Positions 1 to 11,127 of a stretch of 64,000 bases of DNA are shown here, piece after piece (position 1 is the first letter of the stretch; each line of letters opens with the position of its first letter). The notes beneath the pieces were generated by a model. It did not search any database, had not been told where the DNA came from, and saw only the letters and a program-made list of their open reading frames with translations. Made by a program: the position numbers and the translations under genes. Source of the DNA: Myxococcota bacterium (lineage in GTDB: Bacteria > Myxococcota_A > UBA9160 > SZUA-336); NCBI GenBank assembly GCA_965247115.1, contig CBDFGR010000003.1:896001-960000 (forward strand). Reading direction: 5' to 3'.

Positions 1-717
1 CTTGGTCGGACGCTGCAGGACGCGGCCGCGAAGTGGATCGATCTCCGTGATCGACTCGATCTCGTCGCCGAAGAACTCCACCCGAATCGCGCGCTCATCC
101 TCGTACGCCGGGAAGATCTCGACCGTGTCTCCGCGCACACGAAACGTGCCTCGATGAAAGTCGTAGTCGTTCCGGTCGTAGAGCATCGAGACGAGCTTCT
201 TGAGCAGATCGTCACGACCCATGCGTGTGCCCCGCTCCAGAAAGGCGTGCATGTCCCCATAGGTTTCCGGGGACCCCAGCCCGTAGATGCACGACACGCT
301 CGCAACCACGATCACGTCGCGTCGCGTCAGCACCGAACGTGTCGCCGAGTGACGCAGCTTGTCGATCTCTTCGTTGATCGAAGAGTCCTTCTCGATATAG
401 GTATCGGTCGTCGGGAGGTACGCCTCCGGCTGGTAGTAGTCGTAGTACGAGACGAAGTACTCGACGGCGTTCTTCGGGAAGAGCTTGCGGAACTCGGAGT
501 AGAGCTGCGCGGCGAGCGTCTTGTTCGGAGCGATCACGAGTGTGGGGCGCTGCAGCTGCTCGACGACCCACGACATGGTGGCGGTCTTGCCGCTACCCGT
601 GATGCCGAGCAAGGTCTGGTGCTTGTCGCCCCGACGGGCGCCCTCCACCAGCTGCTTGATGGCCTCCGGCTGGTCGCCCTTCGGCGTGTACTCGCTCACG
701 ACTTCGAAATCAGGCAC
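1..717 (-). CDS. uvrB: Excinuclease ABC subunit B, 5' part (runs off the window start)
   Basis: Manual translation from GTG at 717: [20 protein letters not shown]...[10 protein letters not shown]...[14 protein letters not shown]...[16 protein letters not shown], the UvrB signature. Missing from the ORF track because its stop lies outside the window. Confidence 0.97.
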   Translation of the reverse strand, partial: MPDFEVVSEYTPKGDQPEAIKQLVEGARRGDKHQTLLGITGSGKTATMSWVVEQLQRPTLVIAPNKTLAAQLYSEFRKLFPKNAVEYFVSYYDYYQPEAYLPTTDTYIEKDSSINEEIDKLRHSATRSVLTRRDVIVVASVSCIYGLGSPETYGDMHAFLERGTRMGRDDLLKKLVSMLYDRNDYDFHRGTFRVRGDTVEIFPAYEDERAIRVEFFGDEIESITEIDPLRGRVLQRPTK

Positions 718-2113
718 GGTGCCAGTGTGTCCCCTGAGGTGAATCTTCGAGGATGATGCCTTCTGCCTTCAGCTGCTGGCGAATCTCGTCCGCGCGCCCC
801 CAGTCCTTCGCCGCGCGCGCCGCGTCCCGTTCGCGCACGAGAGCCTCGACGCGAGCGTCGCTCTGGCCCTCCGCCTGTACATCGTCCCACAATCGGAGGC
901 CCAGAACGTCGGCGAACTCGCGCAGCAGCTCCCACTTCTCGACCGAGCCGAGCTCGGGCGTGCGCACCGTCTCCCAGACTACGGCGAGCGCCTGCGGAGC
1001 GTTGAGGTCGTCGGCCAGGGCCGCCCGGAAGCGCTCGCGAACCGCCTCGACCTGATCGCGGCCCTTGCTATCCGTCGCCTCTCGGAGGTCCCGCGCGTGG
1101 CGCGCGAGGCGCTGGTAGCCCGTCCGCGCCCGCTGCAGCGCATCGTCGGAGTAGGTCGACTGCTGCCTGTAGTGCGCATTGTGGTGGAAGAAGCGATAGG
1201 CGTCGGGCTCGACGCCGCGTTCCAGGAGGTGGTCGAGGTTCAGGGTTGCCCCCTTCGACTTCGACATCTTCCCGCTCTCGAACATCATCCAGGCGCTGTG
1301 CATCCAGACCTTGACCCAGGGGCGCTTGCCATAGGCCCCCTCTGACTGGGCGATCTCGTTCGGGTGGTGAACCGGGATGTGATCGATCCCGCCGGTGTGG
1401 ATGTCGAAGGTCTCCCCGAGATACTTCGAGCTCATGGCGGAGCACTCGATGTGCCAGCCAGGAAATCCCGCTCCCCAAGGGCTGTCCCACTCCATCTGGC
1501 GCTTCGGAGCGCCCTCAGGCGAGAGCTTCCAGAGCGCGAAGTCCTGCGGGCGGCGCTTCTCGGAGCTGCCCTCAATCCGCTCCTGAGTCTGCTGCTGGTC
1601 CAGCTGCAGACGGGCCAGCTCGCCGTAGTGGGGGTCCATCGAGGTGTCGAAGTAGATCCCGTCCGAGGTCCGATAGGTGAAGCCTTTCTGCTCCAAGGTC
1701 TGGATCATCTCGATCTGCTCCCGGATGTGGTCCGTGGCCTTGCACCAGACGTCGGGCGCCTCGACGCCGAGGCGCTCCAGATCGGTCTGGAAGACTCGCG
1801 TCCACCTCTCGGCGATCTCCCAGACCGAGACCCCCTGCTCGCGGGCTGCGAGCTCGACCTTGTCTTCGCCGAGATCAGCGTCCTCCACGATGTGGCCCAC
1901 GTCTGTGATGTTGATCACGTGTCGGACCTCGAACCCGAAGTAGCGCAGCGTGCGCTTCAACAGATCCGCGAAGAGATAGGGCCGCAGGTTTCCGAGATGC
2001 GCGTGGCCGTATACGGTCGGGCCGCAGGAGTAGACGCGAACGGGTCCCGGCTCGCGCGGCTCGAAGCGCTCTTTCTGACGGGTGAGCGTGTTGTAGAGCC
2101 GGAGCTCGCTCAC
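710..2113 (-). CDS. cysS: Cysteine--tRNA ligase
   Basis: [33 protein letters not shown] and KMSKS motifs. Start placed at GTG 2113 ([10 protein letters not shown]), overlapping the ispF stop. Confidence 0.97.
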   Translation of the reverse strand: MSELRLYNTLTRQKERFEPREPGPVRVYSCGPTVYGHAHLGNLRPYLFADLLKRTLRYFGFEVRHVINITDVGHIVEDADLGEDKVELAAREQGVSVWEIAERWTRVFQTDLERLGVEAPDVWCKATDHIREQIEMIQTLEQKGFTYRTSDGIYFDTSMDPHYGELARLQLDQQQTQERIEGSSEKRRPQDFALWKLSPEGAPKRQMEWDSPWGAGFPGWHIECSAMSSKYLGETFDIHTGGIDHIPVHHPNEIAQSEGAYGKRPWVKVWMHSAWMMFESGKMSKSKGATLNLDHLLERGVEPDAYRFFHHNAHYRQQSTYSDDALQRARTGYQRLARHARDLREATDSKGRDQVEAVRERFRAALADDLNAPQALAVVWETVRTPELGSVEKWELLREFADVLGLRLWDDVQAEGQSDARVEALVRERDAARAAKDWGRADEIRQQLKAEGIILEDSPQGTHWHRA

Positions 2114-2589
2114 CGCACATCCTCCTCCAGCAGGACCACCGCCCTGGCCGCGATTCCCTCGCCCCGGCCGATCGCGCCGAGCCGATCGGCGCTCTTGATC
2201 TTCACGTTCAGCCTCGCTTCGTCGATCGACAGCATCCCAGCCAGGCCCGCGCGAATCGCGCCCAACCATGGGGACAGCCGCGGCTCCTGGGCGATCACGG
2301 TCGTGTCCAGATTCCCGATGCGGTAGCCCGCCTCCCCCACGCGCTGCAGGATCTCGCTCAGCAAAGCGGCGCCGGCAGCATCCCGCCAGCGCTCGTCCGA
2401 CGCTGGAAAATGCTCTCCCAGGTCTCCCGCTCCGATCGCGCCAAGCAAGGCATCTCCCACCGCATGGGCCAGCACGTCGGCGTCCGAGTGGCCCTCGAGT
2501 CCGCGATCGTGTTTGATCTCGACACCAGCCAGGATGAGCGGGCGTCCTGTGACCAGGCGGTGCACGTCGAAGCCCTCGCCGATCTTCAC
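2110..2589 (-). CDS. ispF: 2-C-methyl-D-erythritol 2,4-cyclodiphosphate synthase
   Basis: GEGFDVHRL, GHSDADVLAHA..DALLGA and GRGEGIAA motifs. Confidence 0.96.
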   Translation of the reverse strand: MKIGEGFDVHRLVTGRPLILAGVEIKHDRGLEGHSDADVLAHAVGDALLGAIGAGDLGEHFPASDERWRDAAGAALLSEILQRVGEAGYRIGNLDTTVIAQEPRLSPWLGAIRAGLAGMLSIDEARLNVKIKSADRLGAIGRGEGIAARAVVLLEEDVR

Positions 2590-3284
2590 CGCGCCTGGCC
2601 CCCGAGCCGCGCCTCGACCAGCTGGAGGTCGCGCGGATGGGTGACCTTCAGGTTCTCGCTGCGGCCAGGACAGATCCGGACCTGGACCCCGAGGCGCTCA
2701 ACGAGCGAGGCGCAGTCGGTGCCGCGAAATTCGTCGCGCTCGGCCTCTTCAAGGGCCCTGCGCAAGAGCTCGACCTCGAAGGCCTGGGGAGTCTGGGCAA
2801 GTGCCAGCTTGCTGCGGTCCGGCGTGCTGGCGACGCTCGCCCCCTCCACGATCTTCACGGTGTCTGCGAGCGGGATCACGGGCAGCGCGGCGCCGGTCGC
2901 CTGCGCGGCGTCGAAGACACTCACGGCATCGCCCGGCTCGACGAGGCAACGAGCAGCGTCGTGCACGAGCACGAAGGACGCATCGGGCAGCTGTCGCAGG
3001 GCGGCAGCCAGGCCGAGGCGGACGGAGTCCTGGCGCGTGCGTCCGCCGGTGACGGGCTCGAGCAAGCGGGCCGGAGCCGACCAGGCGGTGCGAACGGACT
3101 CGAACTCGGACCTGCAGTCCTCTGGGAGCACGGCCAGCACCGCGTCCACGACCGGCGCGCGCCCCAGCGCCTCGGCGCTCCAGTGCAGCAAGCTACGTCC
3201 GGCGACGTGGAGCAGCGCCTTTGGCGCGTCTGTACCGAGCCGTGCTCCCTGGCCGGCCGCGAGCACGAGGGCGACCACACTCAT
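2586..3284 (-). CDS. ispD: 2-C-methyl-D-erythritol 4-phosphate cytidylyltransferase
   Basis: LAAGQGARLG..PK, GGRTRQDSV, VHDAAR, QTPQAF and NLKVTHPRD motifs; adjacent to ispF. Confidence 0.95.
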   Translation of the reverse strand: MSVVALVLAAGQGARLGTDAPKALLHVAGRSLLHWSAEALGRAPVVDAVLAVLPEDCRSEFESVRTAWSAPARLLEPVTGGRTRQDSVRLGLAAALRQLPDASFVLVHDAARCLVEPGDAVSVFDAAQATGAALPVIPLADTVKIVEGASVASTPDRSKLALAQTPQAFEVELLRRALEEAERDEFRGTDCASLVERLGVQVRICPGRSENLKVTHPRDLQLVEARLGGQAR

Positions 3285-3306
3285 GCCTGGAATATAGCGG
3301 GAGAGA

Positions 3307-3804
3307 TCAGCGCCGGATGGCAACCCGGATATCGGCCTCGACCTCTTCCGCCTCTACTCCCTGGGTCGCAGCGAGCTCCTGCACCAGAAGCGAGCGCGCG
3401 TTCTCGAGCAGCTTGCGTTCGCCGAACGACAGCTCCTTCTCGAGCTGAAGCCGCAGCAGATCGCGCAGGACCTCCGCGGTGTCGAAGATCGACCCGCTGC
3501 GCAGCTTGTCCTGGAACTCTCTGAACTGCCGACTCCACGGGATACCGCCCCGCCTGCGTCCCTTGGTGCGCGTCCGCAATATCTCCCAGACTCGGTCCGC
3601 CTCGACGCGCTTCATCACGGAGCGCAGCCCAACTTCGTCGAGCTTGTTCCGCGGGATCATGATGCGCGTCTCATCCTCGAGTCGGCGCAACACCAGGAAC
3701 TCGAGGCTCTGACCGCCAACCTCCTGCTGCTGCAACGACTCGATTCTCGCCACGCCGTAACCGGGATAGACCGCCAGCTTCCCGATCCGCGTTTCCCACT
3801 TCAT
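3307..3804 (-). CDS. carD: CarD/CdnL-family RNA polymerase-binding regulator
   Basis: VYPGYGVARIE N-terminus and KELSFGERKLLENARSLLVQELA C-terminus; conserved carD-ispD-ispF-cysS order. Confidence 0.9.
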   Translation of the reverse strand: MKWETRIGKLAVYPGYGVARIESLQQQEVGGQSLEFLVLRRLEDETRIMIPRNKLDEVGLRSVMKRVEADRVWEILRTRTKGRRRGGIPWSRQFREFQDKLRSGSIFDTAEVLRDLLRLQLEKELSFGERKLLENARSLLVQELAATQGVEAEEVEADIRVAIRR

Positions 3805-3964
3805 GCTCCGTCTCCGCGAGCTGCTGGTCACCCCCGATCTTACCATTCGCGGGCCCTTGAATGGTCGAAATGCCGGTTCGCCGCCTGGCCAGCTGACGGT
3901 CGCAGCTTCGATCCTGCATTGTGAGATAATTGAGCCGCGCGGCCTCGCTGAGGGAGGAGCGGAG

Positions 3965-4354
3965 ATGGCAACGATCGGGCAGGCAATCAAGATCAAGGGC
4001 GACGTCGTCGGCGGAGAAGACACCGTCATCGAGGGACGCGTAGAGGGCCGTGTGGTGTTCAAGGACCACCATCTGACCATCGGCGCGAACGGCGACATCC
4101 ACGGCGAGGTCAACGCAAAGCGAATCACTGTCGTCGGTACGATCCTGGGGGATGTGGTCGCCACCGACCGAATCGACGTCCAGAATTCGGGCGTGATCGA
4201 GGGGGACCTCAGCGCCCCCAACCTGCTCGTGGTCGAGGGGGCCGCCATCAACGGCACGATCACGATGCAGGAGAGGCCGAGCCCCGCCCCGGCCAAGGAG
4301 CTCGAGGTCGGACCGGGCCCGGCGCGTCCTCCCGCAGCCCCTAGCCCCCTGTAG
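3965..4354 (+). CDS. Bactofilin (polymer-forming cytoskeletal protein)
   Basis: ATIGQAIKIKGDV...IEGRVEG...LTIGANG...VEGAAINGTITM beta-helix pattern; GGAGG RBS before ATG 3965. Confidence 0.88.
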   Translation: MATIGQAIKIKGDVVGGEDTVIEGRVEGRVVFKDHHLTIGANGDIHGEVNAKRITVVGTILGDVVATDRIDVQNSGVIEGDLSAPNLLVVEGAAINGTITMQERPSPAPAKELEVGPGPARPPAAPSPL

Positions 4355-4383
4355 GATCCGGGGGTTCCGGAGCTCCTCGCCCC

Positions 4384-5319
4384 TCAGGACTCGGCGCGGT
4401 GGGCGCTGCTGGCGGCGCCGGAGGAGCGGCGCTCCAGGAAGATCAGGAGGCTGCTCGCCACGTAGATCGTGGAGTACGTGCCGACCGTGACGCCGATCGC
4501 CAGAGCAGCAGCGAAGTCCCGCAGGACCGGGCCGCCGAGGATCAGGACGGCGATGACGACGGAGAGGGTCGTCCCGGACGTGAGCAAGGTCCTGGACATC
4601 GTCTGATTGATGCTCTGGTTCACTACGTCCTCCAGGTGAGTAAGACCGCGCAGGGTGACGTTCTCACGGATCCGATCGTAGATCACGATCGTGTCGTTGA
4701 GCGAGTAGCCGACCACAACCAGGAGAGCGGCCAGGACCTGTAGGTTGAACTCCCAGCCGAGTGCCACGAAGATGCCGGCTGTGATGATGACGTCGTGGAC
4801 CAGCGCAACGACAGCGCCCGGTGCATAGCGCAGATCGAAGCGGAACCAGATGTAGAGGAGGATCAGCGCCCAGGAGGCAACCAGCGCCCAGATCCCGCGC
4901 GCCGTCTGCTCACCTCCCACGCGGGGACCGATCGACTCGATGCGTTGCGGGACCACCTCTACCCCGAGGGCAGTCGAGAGCCCCCCGAGCACTTCGAGCG
5001 AGAGGTCGCGCCGCTGTTCCTGCGAGAGCCGGATGTTCAGGCGGAACGAGCGATCCGCCTCAGGTCCCAGGCGCACGATGACCGCGTTCGGGAAGCCCGC
5101 TTCTGCTGCGGCCGCGCGCATGGTGCCCTCGTCGACCAGGCCGGCCTGCTCCGGCACCTGAAGCTGGATTACCGTCCCCCCGGCGAAGTCGATGCCGAGG
5201 TTGAAGCCGCGCACGACCATGAGCAGAAGCGCCGAGAGCACCACCAGCGCCGAGACGATCCCGAACAGGCCGCCTTGCTTGACGAAGTCGATCTTCGTAT
5301 CGGGACTTACGAGCTGCAT
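4384..5319 (-). CDS. secF: Protein translocase subunit SecF
   Basis: NLGIDFAGG, HDVIIT, GYSLNDTIVIYDRIRE and GTYSTIYVA motifs. Confidence 0.96.
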   Translation of the reverse strand: MQLVSPDTKIDFVKQGGLFGIVSALVVLSALLLMVVRGFNLGIDFAGGTVIQLQVPEQAGLVDEGTMRAAAAEAGFPNAVIVRLGPEADRSFRLNIRLSQEQRRDLSLEVLGGLSTALGVEVVPQRIESIGPRVGGEQTARGIWALVASWALILLYIWFRFDLRYAPGAVVALVHDVIITAGIFVALGWEFNLQVLAALLVVVGYSLNDTIVIYDRIRENVTLRGLTHLEDVVNQSINQTMSRTLLTSGTTLSVVIAVLILGGPVLRDFAAALAIGVTVGTYSTIYVASSLLIFLERRSSGAASSAHRAES

Positions 5320-6887
5320 CAGACCTTCAGGATCTGCGGCGCACGTGCCATGGCGAGGTCGAACAAGAGTCGCGTCACGATCAGGGCACCGAACACGCTG
5401 GACACGATGCCAATCGCGAGCGTGACGCCGAAGCCCTGTACGGGGCCGCGCCCGAACTGGAGCAAGACGACGGCCGCGATCAACGTCGTGATGTTGGCGT
5501 CGAGGATCGTCAACGCGGAGCGCCGGAAGCCCACCTGAACCGCAGTGCGCAGGTTCTTGGAGCGGCGAAGCTCCTCACGGATCCGCTCGAAGATGATCAC
5601 GTTTGCATCGACTGCCATGCCCATGGTGAGCACGAGGCCCGCGATGCCGGGCAGCGTCAGGGTGGCACGCGCCAGGCTCATCGCGCCGATGATCATCACC
5701 ATGTTCAAGATCAAGGTCACGTTCGCGAACCAGCCGCCGACGGAGTAGTACACCGCCATGAAAAGGATCACGAACGCCGCGCCCAGCAGGATCGAGCGGA
5801 TGCCCTGTCGAATAGAGTCCGCGCCCAGGGCAGGACCCACGCTGCGCTCCTCCTCGATCACGAGTGGGATCGGCAGCGCGCCCGAGCGCAGCGCGACCGC
5901 GAGAGCCGCCGCCTCGGCCGCCGTGAAACCGCCGGTGATCTGGCCGTTCCGCCCGATCCGGCTCTGAATGACCGGCGCCGTGACCACTTCTCCGTCGATG
6001 ATGGCCGGCAGCCGCTGACCAATGTTCTCGCCGGTGAATTCCCGGAAGAGCCGCGTCCCCTCCGAGTTCCAGGTGAAGCTCACGAGCGGTCGATTGCGCC
6101 GGTCGTAGCCGACACGAGCATCCTCGAGCATCGCGCCCGTAAGGATCGGCGTCTTCGGAACGAGGAAGGCCTCAGCAACGGAGCCGTCGTCGTTGCGGTC
6201 CACGACGATCTCCGTGTCCTCGGGCAAGCCCTCCTCACCGTAGCGGGCGCGCAGCAGCTCCTCGTTTGGCTCGGATGTGATCACCTTCTTAAACTCAAGA
6301 AACGTCGTTTCTTCGAGGATCGTACGCGCTTGCACCGGGTCGATCTCGCCGGGCATCTGGACCAGGATTCGGCCCGCGCCCTGCGGCGCGATCACGGGCT
6401 CCCGCACCCCGAGACCGTCGATGCGCTCGTTGAGGACCTCGAGCGCCTGTTGCACGCCGCGATCGATCACGCTGTCCCGCCAGTCGTCGGCGAGCGAGAG
6501 GGTCAGCAGCTCGCCCTCTTCTGCGACCTCGAACGTGTCCGTGTCGAAGTTGGCTTCGGCGATCCGGCGCAGACCGGCGAGATCGCCCTCTAGCTCCAGC
6601 ACCTGACCGTCGCGGATCCGGCTGTCCGTGAGGACGACGCCCTCGTCCTCTGCCACCTGCCGCACGACCGACTGCGTACGTGTCACCTCCTGGAGCACCG
6701 CCTCGCCATCGTCGATGCGCAAGAGCCAGTGGATTCCGCCCTGCAGATCCAGACCGAGACTCAAGGCGTCGTCTGCGATCCATACGCTGCCGAGGCGCTC
6801 TTCCTCCGAGAAGAAGTTCGGAACGGCCAGGAGCGCCATCAGAAACGCGACGATCCCGACCAGGATGGTCCGTGTCCTCAGGCTCAC
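5319..6887 (-). CDS. secD: Protein translocase subunit SecD
   Basis: LGLDLQGG, VGPALGADSI, LTLPGIAG and GMAVDANVIIFERIREE motifs. Confidence 0.96.
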   Translation of the reverse strand: MSLRTRTILVGIVAFLMALLAVPNFFSEEERLGSVWIADDALSLGLDLQGGIHWLLRIDDGEAVLQEVTRTQSVVRQVAEDEGVVLTDSRIRDGQVLELEGDLAGLRRIAEANFDTDTFEVAEEGELLTLSLADDWRDSVIDRGVQQALEVLNERIDGLGVREPVIAPQGAGRILVQMPGEIDPVQARTILEETTFLEFKKVITSEPNEELLRARYGEEGLPEDTEIVVDRNDDGSVAEAFLVPKTPILTGAMLEDARVGYDRRNRPLVSFTWNSEGTRLFREFTGENIGQRLPAIIDGEVVTAPVIQSRIGRNGQITGGFTAAEAAALAVALRSGALPIPLVIEEERSVGPALGADSIRQGIRSILLGAAFVILFMAVYYSVGGWFANVTLILNMVMIIGAMSLARATLTLPGIAGLVLTMGMAVDANVIIFERIREELRRSKNLRTAVQVGFRRSALTILDANITTLIAAVVLLQFGRGPVQGFGVTLAIGIVSSVFGALIVTRLLFDLAMARAPQILKV

Positions 6888-7246
6888 GACTTCTCCGGCG
6901 CGTTCTTCTGCGAGCGAGCGGAAACCGCGCTCTTGTTCAGCCGCACCCGCACCTTGTCCGCGATCTCCACGGTGAGGACGTCATCGGCCACCCCCGTCAC
7001 CCTGCCGTGAATGCCTCCGCTCGTGACGACCTGATCGCCCTTCTGGATCTGCGAGAGCATCTGTTTGTGCTCTTTCCGCTGGCGTTGCTGCGGCCGGATG
7101 ATGAGGGCCCACATCAACAGCAGCATCGCTGCCAGAAACAGGAACGGGCTACCAAGGAGCCCCCCGCCCCCGGGAGCCTCCTGTGCCTGGGCTCCTGGTG
7201 CGGGTGTCTGGATCTCGGACTGCGTGTTCACTCGCTGCCGCTCCAT
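6884..7246 (-). CDS. yajC: Preprotein translocase subunit YajC
   Basis: Single TM segment followed by IRPQQRQ...KGDQVVTSGGIHG; directly upstream of secD. Confidence 0.93.
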   Translation of the reverse strand: MERQRVNTQSEIQTPAPGAQAQEAPGGGGLLGSPFLFLAAMLLLMWALIIRPQQRQRKEHKQMLSQIQKGDQVVTSGGIHGRVTGVADDVLTVEIADKVRVRLNKSAVSARSQKNAPEKS

Positions 7247-8343
7247 CTACGGCTGTCGGAACCCTCGCCCAGCTGACGGAGGCGTGTCCCGGGATAGTAG
7301 TGCTCGAGGATCTGATTCACCCCCCGCCCCCGGAGAGCCAGCTCGCGGGCGCCCCACTGACACAGGCCCACCCCGTGGCCAGAACCGCTGCCCATGAAGC
7401 GGACCCATTCGCCCTCGACTTCGACCTCGAACAGCGTGCTCCGGATCGCGCGGCCTCCCAGCACCTGCCGCAGGTCTCGACCGCTCACGGCGGCCATGCC
7501 CGCGCGGAGCTCCTGGACGCGACCGCTTCGGGAGCGGCGCATGACACGCACCGCAGACGCATCGCCTACCTCTATGCCCGCCTCGGCAAGGGCTGCCCCC
7601 AGGTCCTGCCCGCGAATCTCGTAGCGCCAGAAGTAGTCCGGCGCGGCAGCGTCGGGCGAGGCCACACCTCGGAGGTAGGCCAGGTCCTGGCCCCAGACCT
7701 CTTCTGCGGAGGCGGTCGTCCCTCCGGAGGATGAGTGAAACACCGCCAGGATCGGCGCACTGCGGTGGCTCAAGTAGGTGCCTTGCGTGGCGCGGGTGGC
7801 GTCGCGAACGCTGGCGGGAACCTCGCCCGCCACGTACCGCTGCGACAGCACCGTGGACTCCAGGTCATGCGTCTGTCTAGCGCGACGGCGACTCTCGTGG
7901 AGCGCGTAGGTGCGGGCGATGATTGCCTGGGCCCTGAGCGCCTCGCGGGGCCAGCTCGAAGGCACCTCGCCGGCCACCGAGCGCTCCACGTAGGCTTCCA
8001 GGTCGACCAGGTTCAGCACATCGAGCCTGTCCCGGCCGCTCGGGACGAGCGAGAGCGCACCGGGATAGCGGCGTCCGTTCACCCACAGGTCGCCCTGCGC
8101 CTTCACGCCCACGGGTCGTGAGCTCCGAAGCTCCCCCACTCGAATCGTCCGCCCCTCCGCTACCGCGACGAGCTCGGGTCCTCGCTGGAGCTCGCGGTTC
8201 GCCTGAAGCTGGCTCCCGGCCACGGTGACCGATCCGACACCGGCCTCGATTCGGACGCGCAGGGTGGTATCGGCCGCTGTCGGCTGCGCGAGCAGGCTCG
8301 CTACGAGGAATGCCAAGGACGAGCGGAGCAAGATTCCCCCCAC
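7228..8343 (-). CDS. SpoIID/LytB domain protein (lytic transglycosylase-like)
   Basis: LEAYV..VAGEVPSSWPREALRAQAIIARTYA, FHSSSGG and GSGHGVGLCQWGA...ILEHYYPG motifs. Start uncertain. Confidence 0.9.
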   Translation of the reverse strand: MGGILLRSSLAFLVASLLAQPTAADTTLRVRIEAGVGSVTVAGSQLQANRELQRGPELVAVAEGRTIRVGELRSSRPVGVKAQGDLWVNGRRYPGALSLVPSGRDRLDVLNLVDLEAYVERSVAGEVPSSWPREALRAQAIIARTYALHESRRRARQTHDLESTVLSQRYVAGEVPASVRDATRATQGTYLSHRSAPILAVFHSSSGGTTASAEEVWGQDLAYLRGVASPDAAAPDYFWRYEIRGQDLGAALAEAGIEVGDASAVRVMRRSRSGRVQELRAGMAAVSGRDLRQVLGGRAIRSTLFEVEVEGEWVRFMGSGSGHGVGLCQWGARELALRGRGVNQILEHYYPGTRLRQLGEGSDSRRWSGSE

Positions 8344-8422
8344 TGAGGGGGACCGCAGGTATAGCAGAAAGGCGTTGAACGTCAACTAGTTAGGCCGATG
8401 TCTGCGGATCCGCAGCAGGCCC

Positions 8423-9868
8423 TCAGTAGCGATACTGCTCCGACTTGTAGGGACCTTCGATCGCCACTCCAAGGTAGTCCGCCTGCTCCTCGGTGAGCTC
8501 GGTCAGCTTCACTCCCAGCTGGTCCAGGTGAAGACGGGCGACCTCCTCGTCGAGCTTCTTGGGGAGCACGTAGACTTTCTTGTCGTACTTGCTCGTGTTC
8601 GTCCAGAGCTCTAGCTGCGCGAGCACCTGGTTCGTGAACGACGCCGACATCACGAAGCTCGGATGGCCAGTCGCACAACCCAGGTTCAGCAGGCGGCCCT
8701 CCGCCAGCACCAGAATGCTGTGGCCGTCCGGGAAGATCCACTCGTCGTACTGTGGCTTGATCGGGTTCTTCACGATTCCGGGGATGCGTTTCAGCCCCGC
8801 CATGTCGATCTCGTTGTCGAAGTGTCCGATGTTGCCGACGACGGCCTTGTCCTTCATGCGCGCCATCTGCCCGGCACTGATCACCTGGAAGTTCCCGGTC
8901 GCGGTGATGAAGAAGTCAGCGCTCTCCAGGACGTCGTCCAGCGTCGAGACCTCGTAGCCCTCCATCGCGGCTTGCAGCGCGCAGATCGGGTCCACCTCGG
9001 TCACGATCACGCGCGCGCCCTGGCCTTTGAGGGACTGAGCGCAGCCCTTCCCGACCTCGCCGAAGCCGCACACCACCGCGACCTTACCCCCGAGCATGAT
9101 GTCGGTGGCGCGAGCCAGCCCGTCGGGGAGTGAGTGGCGACAGCCGTAGACGTTGTCGAATTTGCTCTTCGTCACGGAGTCGTTGACGTTGATCGCGGGC
9201 ATCAGCAGAGAGCCGTCGCGCTCCATCTGGTACAGGCGAAGAACACCCGTCGTGGTCTCCTCGCTGACGCCTATCAGGCCGGCCGCAACGCGGGTCCAAA
9301 GCTTCGGGTCGCTCTGCTGCGTGTCGCGCAGGAGCTCGAGGATCACGCCCCACTCCTCCGAATCGGACTCCTCATCGAACTCAGGCACCTTGCCATCCGC
9401 CTCGAACTGCACGCCCTTGTGCACGAGCAAGGTGGCATCGCCCCCGTCGTCCACGATGGTGTTCGGCCCCTTGCCGTCGGGCCAGATCATGGCCTTGCGA
9501 GTGCACCACCAGTACTCTTCAAGACTCTCGCCCTTCCACGCGAACACCGGGGTGCCGCTCGGACTCTCGGTCGTTCCGGTCGGTCCGACCGCGATCGCAG
9601 CCGCCGCGTGGTCCTGGGTGGAGAAGATGTTGCAGCTCACCCAGCGCACGTCCGCACCGAGCTCGACGAGGGTCTCGATCAACACTGCGGTCTGTACCGT
9701 CATGTGCAGGCTGCCCATGATCCTCGCACCGGAGAGTGGCTTGGTCGCGGCGTAGCGCTCGCGCAGCGCCATCAGACCTGGCATCTCGTGCTCGGCGAGT
9801 CGGATCTCCTTCCGACCCCAGTCGGCCAGTTCCAGGTCTGCGATCTTGTAGCCTTCGCCCTCGTCCAT
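8423..9868 (-). CDS. ahcY: Adenosylhomocysteinase
   Basis: [49 protein letters not shown] and GHPSFVMS motifs. Confidence 0.98.
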   Translation of the reverse strand: MDEGEGYKIADLELADWGRKEIRLAEHEMPGLMALRERYAATKPLSGARIMGSLHMTVQTAVLIETLVELGADVRWVSCNIFSTQDHAAAAIAVGPTGTTESPSGTPVFAWKGESLEEYWWCTRKAMIWPDGKGPNTIVDDGGDATLLVHKGVQFEADGKVPEFDEESDSEEWGVILELLRDTQQSDPKLWTRVAAGLIGVSEETTTGVLRLYQMERDGSLLMPAINVNDSVTKSKFDNVYGCRHSLPDGLARATDIMLGGKVAVVCGFGEVGKGCAQSLKGQGARVIVTEVDPICALQAAMEGYEVSTLDDVLESADFFITATGNFQVISAGQMARMKDKAVVGNIGHFDNEIDMAGLKRIPGIVKNPIKPQYDEWIFPDGHSILVLAEGRLLNLGCATGHPSFVMSASFTNQVLAQLELWTNTSKYDKKVYVLPKKLDEEVARLHLDQLGVKLTELTEEQADYLGVAIEGPYKSEQYRY

Positions 9869-9918
9869 GTGTCTTCCTTCCCTGTTCGCGTCCGACCCCG
9901 ACGGGCCGAGATGATGGC

Positions 9919-11082
9919 CTACAGGCCGAGGTCGTGGCGCAGATCGGTGGCCTTGTCCGTCTTCTCCCAGGTGAAGTCGTCCGCCTCGCGACCGAAGTGA
10001 CCGTGGACCGCCGTCTGGCGGTAGATCGGCCGCAGCAGATCGAGCGACGCGATGATCCCCTGAGGCGTCAGATCGAAGCGCTTCTGAACCGCGCGCACGA
10101 TCGCCTCATTCGAGGCGTTCCCCGTCCCAAAGGTCTCAACGAGGATCGAGACCGGCTCTGCCACGCCGATGGCGTACGAGACCTGGACCTCGAGGCGATC
10201 TGCAGCGCCCGCAGCGACCAGGTTCTTGGCGACCCAGCGAGAGGCGTAGGCGGCAGAGCGGTCTACCTTGCTCGGGTCCTTGCCCGAGAACGCGCCGCCA
10301 CCGTGGCGCGCCATGCCTCCGTAGGTGTCTACGATGATCTTGCGCCCCGTGAGTCCTGCGTCACCGAGGGGTCCACCAACGACGAAGCGACCCGTCGGGT
10401 TCACGAAGATGCGCGTGTCGTCATCTACGAGCGATCCAGGCAGCACGGGTCTGATGATCGCCTCGATCACCTGTGCCTTGAGCGAGTCGTAGGCGATGTC
10501 GGCCGTGTGCTGGGTGCTGACGATGACCGCGTCGACGCGCGCCGGTCGCGCCCCGTCGTACTCGATGGTGATCTGAGACTTGGCGTCGGGTCGCAGGAAC
10601 TCTAGCTCTCCCGAAAGCCTCACTTCGGCTTGCTTTGCGACGAGCTCGTGAGCGAGCATGATGGGCATGGGCATCAGCTCGGGTGTCTCGGTGCATGCGA
10701 AGCCGAACATCATGCCCTGATCCCCGGCGCCCTGCTCCTTGAAGAGCCCCTCGCCCTCCGTTACGCCCATCGAGATATCGGGCGACTGTCCTTCCAGAGC
10801 GACGAGCACGCCGCAAGAGTTTCCGTCGATCCCCATAGACGCCTCGTCGTAACCGACGTCGAGGATCGCTTCGCGTACGACTTTGGGGACCTCGACCTCT
10901 GTCGAGCTGGTGACCTCGCCCGCAACGCACACGAAGCCCGTCTTGACCAAGGTCTCGCAGGCTACGCGGCTCTCGGGATCACCGGCGATGTACGCATCGA
11001 GAATCCCGTCCGAGATCTGGTCGGCGAGTTTGTCCGGGTGGCCCATCGAGACGGACTCGGACGTGAACAGTGTGCGGGACAT
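9919..11082 (-). CDS. metK: Methionine adenosyltransferase
   Basis: [19 protein letters not shown] and [16 protein letters not shown] motifs. Confidence 0.98.
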   Translation of the reverse strand: MSRTLFTSESVSMGHPDKLADQISDGILDAYIAGDPESRVACETLVKTGFVCVAGEVTSSTEVEVPKVVREAILDVGYDEASMGIDGNSCGVLVALEGQSPDISMGVTEGEGLFKEQGAGDQGMMFGFACTETPELMPMPIMLAHELVAKQAEVRLSGELEFLRPDAKSQITIEYDGARPARVDAVIVSTQHTADIAYDSLKAQVIEAIIRPVLPGSLVDDDTRIFVNPTGRFVVGGPLGDAGLTGRKIIVDTYGGMARHGGGAFSGKDPSKVDRSAAYASRWVAKNLVAAGAADRLEVQVSYAIGVAEPVSILVETFGTGNASNEAIVRAVQKRFDLTPQGIIASLDLLRPIYRQTAVHGHFGREADDFTWEKTDKATDLRHDLGL

Positions 11083-11127
11083 CTGGCACTCCTTTTCGTC
11101 GTGGTCGAGTCGTGCCGCGAGCGAACT

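Noticed and set aside
9869..11127. SAM or SAH riboswitch before ahcY or metK
   Set aside because: The gaps are only about 45-50 bp and I could not recognise an aptamer.
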